From IMG/VR virus record IMGVR_UViG_3300028797_000004: DNA of 64,000 nucleotides; one strand, 5' to 3'. This DNA is from a virus (Duplodnaviria > Caudoviricetes). Positions within the stretch are counted from its first letter, which is position 1; every line of letters starts with the position of its first letter. Positions 61,401-64,000 of the stretch are shown here, in pieces. Under the pieces are notes generated by a model. That model saw nothing but the letters and a program-made list of their open reading frames with translations, was not told the origin of the DNA and made no database searches. Both the position numbers and the translations under genes were made by a program.

Positions 61401-61403
61401 TAA
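55497..61403 (+). CDS. polA: Family A DNA polymerase with 3'-5' exonuclease; join(55497..56765,57658..58260,59349..61403); contains one intein
   Basis: Exo I 'AIDTETTGL'; spliced 'TGRMSSSEP|NVQNIP'; motif A 'SDYSQQE'; motif B 'RSSAKTIVLG|ILYG'; 'N|STVQGSAA'; motif C 'VHDE'. Confidence 0.92.
56766..57657 (+). mobile_element. Group I intron 1 in polA
   Basis: 5' exon ends in U paired to G in P1 (CGAGCCT/GGGCTCG); P10 GAACATT/AATGTTC; core AATTCAGGGAA, AACCCTGAGCCAAG, CAGAGACTA, AAGATATAGTCC; terminal G. Confidence 0.92.
56885..57586 (+). CDS. Intron-encoded HNH homing endonuclease
   Basis: 'VFQHSVV...VVHHIDRNKHNNSIHNLCLL...HSQLH'; N-terminal HTH-like and 'KNPMTG..PNWKGG' modules. Confidence 0.9.
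   Translation: MKRIQFNEETIDAIRSFMTEGHSVPEACNKFNIKYDTMRRVLYDNNIEFRRARKAIGHDRLTVSQEDIDLVCKLYSTTDIRVADLCKAVKLEDYNVQKILAEHFSEEYRNARKSRIYRKSKLGDKNPMTGLSGSQTPNWKGGVIDDGNGYLMVKKPDWYTGRKGSDYVFQHSVVMCEALGLTEIPKGFVVHHIDRNKHNNSIHNLCLLSSNAHSQLHSIESKMCKVQRLSDME
58261..59348 (+). mobile_element. Group I intron 2 in polA
   Basis: Exon ends GGGT paired with GCCC; AACAGGGGA/AATCCTGTG; P7 CGACTA/TAGTC (ATGATATAGTC); terminal G restores VLG|ILYG. Confidence 0.9.
58503..59249 (+). CDS. Intron-encoded GIY-YIG homing endonuclease (NUMOD3/NUMOD1-like tail)
   Basis: 'AYIITN...QYVGIT', 'RFREH', 'ERYFI', 'GYNMT', 'ENPFFNKHHTE', 'AYGYRWRY'. Confidence 0.9.
   Translation: MHEAYIITNLITGAQYVGITSRNHEVRFREHIQEANRGSQVKLHQAIRTYGAENFRVDVLASDIPDEGAAEAERYFIELYATHYDAGGYNMTIGGPGTIGYHFTEEAKAKISEASKHQVITPQRNEKIRQAMLGREYKPEWKAALSQSRLGRFTKEENPFFNKHHTERTKAAIRESNTKHHVLCIDKDTGSVLHEFYNAQAAADWVTNQIGSGVAATRMVRIHEVCRSHNLACTAYGYRWRYKEKSID
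59820..60830 (+). mobile_element. Intein (337 aa) with LAGLIDADG endonuclease in polA
   Basis: Starts CVDAETEILT; block B 'TRDHRW'; 'LIGWFLTDG' and 'MLDGDG'; ends 'VWCVTT..HTWV......ITGN' followed by Ser. Confidence 0.92.
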
Positions 61404-62518
61404 TGAAATTTACAGTTTCAACTAAACCTCTTGTCGAGGGTCTGAACCTCGGCATACTTGACGCCAATGTGTCTAAGTTTTATGAGCGAAGCACAATGGT
61501 GCAGATCAGAGCCAGCAGAGAAGCTGGTCTTATCATCAATATCGAAGCAGCACAGATCAAGTCAAAGCTTGAGTTCAAAGGTGCTTGCGAAGGCGAGGGT
61601 GAAGCAATTGTCTTTGTAGACAGCTTACTCTTTAAGAAGCTTGTGTCTACGTTTGAAGCTTCTACAACTACACTTGAGCTGCTTGAGGACAGCTTGGTTC
61701 TCTATTCAGGTAAGTCAAAGTTTTCACTTCCGAAGGTTGTTGATGCTGATCTGAGACTGCCTGAGCCTGCTTCTGCTGAAGACGGTGCAACAGAAATCAA
61801 GAAAGATGCATGGAGATTTATCAAGGACTATCAGCTTTACGCATTAGGTATGTCGTTTATCGCACCTGTATACACAAAGGTATGGGTTGGTGAGTCTGGC
61901 GACGTACTCGCAGGTGATTTCCAGCTTAATCTTTTCACACACTCAAGTAAAGGTACACTGGGTCGTACTTGTTTGCTTACAGATACTATTATCAATCTGT
62001 TCAATGCGCTTCCTGATGGAGCTAAGCTCTATCCGCTTGAGAAGACATTTGTAATCAAGTATGTAGGTGATAGTTTCTCCTATACAACAGAATTTGAACC
62101 TAAGCATGAGTCGGATCCAGATATGGGCAGTTATCGAACCGATCTTATCATGCCTATGCTGGCTTCTAATGAGTCTGGCTATACTGTAAAAGTTGTAGCT
62201 ATTCAGAAGATACTCAGTCAGGCAGACCTTCTGTCTACAAGCACTGAAGAAACAGTATCTCTCATCTCTGAGAATAATCAGCTCAAGCTGGTTGGTGAGC
62301 ATGTAAACGCAGAGCTTGAAACTACAGGCACATCTGCTGATTATGAGCTTCCATTCAAGATTGTGGACTTGAAGTCTATCATGTCAAATTGTTCAGAAGA
62401 AAGCATTATCATTCGCCCTGCGTATAACATAGATGGTGATGATAAGCGACTCGTCGGCATTAATGTTGATAGTAACGCCCTCAAGGTAGTTATTTCAGCA
62501 GCTGAGGACGAGGAATGA
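61403..62518 (+). CDS. dnaN: DNA sliding clamp (beta-clamp/DnaN-like)
   Basis: 'MKFTVSTKPL..GL', 'EGEAIVFVD..LF.KLV', 'LYSGKSKFSL'; 371 aa; lies between pol and DnaX. Confidence 0.7.
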   Translation: MKFTVSTKPLVEGLNLGILDANVSKFYERSTMVQIRASREAGLIINIEAAQIKSKLEFKGACEGEGEAIVFVDSLLFKKLVSTFEASTTTLELLEDSLVLYSGKSKFSLPKVVDADLRLPEPASAEDGATEIKKDAWRFIKDYQLYALGMSFIAPVYTKVWVGESGDVLAGDFQLNLFTHSSKGTLGRTCLLTDTIINLFNALPDGAKLYPLEKTFVIKYVGDSFSYTTEFEPKHESDPDMGSYRTDLIMPMLASNESGYTVKVVAIQKILSQADLLSTSTEETVSLISENNQLKLVGEHVNAELETTGTSADYELPFKIVDLKSIMSNCSEESIIIRPAYNIDGDDKRLVGINVDSNALKVVISAAEDEE

Positions 62519-63291
62519 GTAGCTTCCGACAAGTTGATTTCAGTAAGTTAGTTAGATTCAACTCTCTTGCAGCAAGCAAGCTGTATTCTCGTTATGAGAC
62601 ATTTGCGAAGGCAAAGGTGATCAAGAAATACGCTGAGCCGAAATCTCAGGTCTTTGTACCTTCAGGTATGCGGTGCAAGCGTAAATCTTGGTTCCGCCTA
62701 CGCGGTGTGCCCTGCGATACGCTTGAGAATCCTGATATGCAGCTAGAATTCACAGCTGAGGTAGGTACAGCGTGCCATCAGGTGTTGCAAGAAAATCTAT
62801 CTGAAATGCTTGGCGCTGACTGGCTGAGCGTTAGCGATTACCTAAGCCTGCATCCAATCCCATATAAGTATACCTTACAAGCAAACGGGTATGAGACTAA
62901 AGTCTCAATAGAATCTCCGCCTATGCATTTCGCATGTGATGGAATCATGAGACTTGATAATGTGATCTACTTACTTGAAATCAAAACATGTGATCATAAA
63001 GTATTTGAAGATCTCACTGATGTGAAGCAGATACACAAGGATCAAGCTAACGCATATGCTACAATGCTTCAGATACCTCGAGTGTTATTCATATATGAAT
63101 CACGCCTTACTGGTGAACGCAAGATATTTGAATACACAGTACCTGAAAGCATACAGCAAACTGTGCTTGATTCCATGACCGAAATACAGTACTACGCAGA
63201 AAATAACCTTGCACCTGAAAAGCTAATCACAGCATATAGTGATTACATGTGCAGGAACTGCGAATACCAAAAAAGATGTAAGGAGTGGTAA
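62515..63291 (+). CDS. Cas4-like PD-(D/E)xK exonuclease
   Basis: 'PSGMRCKRK', 'GTACH', 'CDG', 'EIKT', 'Q...Y', 'CRNCEYQKRC' (four-Cys Fe-S staple). Confidence 0.85.
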   Translation: MSSFRQVDFSKLVRFNSLAASKLYSRYETFAKAKVIKKYAEPKSQVFVPSGMRCKRKSWFRLRGVPCDTLENPDMQLEFTAEVGTACHQVLQENLSEMLGADWLSVSDYLSLHPIPYKYTLQANGYETKVSIESPPMHFACDGIMRLDNVIYLLEIKTCDHKVFEDLTDVKQIHKDQANAYATMLQIPRVLFIYESRLTGERKIFEYTVPESIQQTVLDSMTEIQYYAENNLAPEKLITAYSDYMCRNCEYQKRCKEW

Positions 63292-63292
63292 C

Positions 63293-64000
63293 ATGTCCTT
63301 AGCAACTAAATACAGACCTAAGACTCTGTCTGAAATGGTGGAACAATCTCTAGTTGTTAACATCATTGAGAAGATGTGTGAGTCCGAATTAACCAATAGA
63401 AACTTCCTGTTTATTGGGCCTGCAGGCTGTGGAAAGACGACTATCTGTCGTGCTGTCGGCAATCAGCTTAATAGTAACACCGGTAATATCATTGAAGTAG
63501 ATGCAGCTACTTACAGCGGTGTTGAGAAAATTCGTGAGATCTTATCTCAAGCAAAAACATACCCGATTGGTAGTAAGTACAAGATCTTTATCATAGACGA
63601 GTGTCATGCGCTATCTTCACAATCTTGGCAGGCTATGCTCAAGGTACTAGAGGAGAGCCCTGCTATGTCTGTAATCATGCTGTGTACTACTAACCCTGAG
63701 AAGATTCCTGTTACTATCCTCTCTCGTGTACAGACATTTCAGCTATCTAAGATCAGCCTAGACGGTATCATCAACAGATTGAAGTATGTCATCGACTGTG
63801 AAAATAAGGAAGGTCGTCATATCACTTATACTGATGATGCTATTGCACTGATCGCTAAATTAGCTAATGGTGGTATGCGCGACAGTTTAACTAACCTAGA
63901 TCAGGTGCTTGCTTACAGTGAGGAGATTAATTCTGAATCTGTAGCTGCTGCACTGAACCTTCCGAGCTATGATGATTATTTCGCCATGCTTAGCGCAATC
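63293..64000 (+). CDS. dnaX: Clamp loader, DnaX (gamma/tau)-like AAA+ ATPase, 3'-partial
   Basis: MSLATKYRPKTLSEMV...FIGPAGCGKTT...IEVDAA...IIDECHAL...LKVLEE...TILSR...GGMRDS; runs off the window. Confidence 0.9.
   Translation, partial: MSLATKYRPKTLSEMVEQSLVVNIIEKMCESELTNRNFLFIGPAGCGKTTICRAVGNQLNSNTGNIIEVDAATYSGVEKIREILSQAKTYPIGSKYKIFIIDECHALSSQSWQAMLKVLEESPAMSVIMLCTTNPEKIPVTILSRVQTFQLSKISLDGIINRLKYVIDCENKEGRHITYTDDAIALIAKLANGGMRDSLTNLDQVLAYSEEINSESVAAALNLPSYDDYFAMLSAI

Noticed and set aside
62515-63291. CRISPR-Cas system
   Set aside because: Solo Cas4-like nuclease in a replication operon; no repeat-spacer array or other cas genes seen
1617-63462. Numerous short minus-strand and nested ORFs in the supplied track
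   Set aside because: They are shadows of longer + strand genes, without RBS or recognisable motifs; only 44530-45294 is supported on the minus strand

Overview
A 64-kb segment of a large tailed dsDNA phage genome. Almost all genes are on the + strand. The host is probably an anaerobic Bacillota (Clostridia, Ruminococcus-like), inferred from the GH25/CW_7 endolysin, BspA-type LRR proteins and sigma-A-type promoters. 1-23 kb is structural and lysis: tail proteins, a prohead protease-scaffold fusion, a T4 gp23-like major capsid protein (MCP), a neck protein, endolysin, SNF2 helicase, RecU and a cluster of acidic proteins. 23-44 kb is a dense accessory/early region with a non-autonomous IS605-family TnpB element inserted in a small membrane-protein gene. 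44-64 kb covers transcription and replication: two sigma-like factors, a candidate origin, DnaC/DnaB/primase, FolE+QueD, SSB, a family A polymerase split by two group I introns and one intein, a beta-clamp, a Cas4-like nuclease and a partial DnaX. The best candidate for an undescribed system is a capsid-cargo system. A recurrent, often tandem [VI]-x-[ASG]-[ASG] motif resembles the herpesvirus V-x-A|S maturation site rather than the T4 I/L-x-E site. It occurs throughout the scaffold, the MCP propeptide and a dozen otherwise unrelated proteins, several sharing an N-terminal MK(L/I/R)Y(I)xA-type tag and some looking like cleavable polyproteins. All calls come from reading motifs by eye; no database searches were run.
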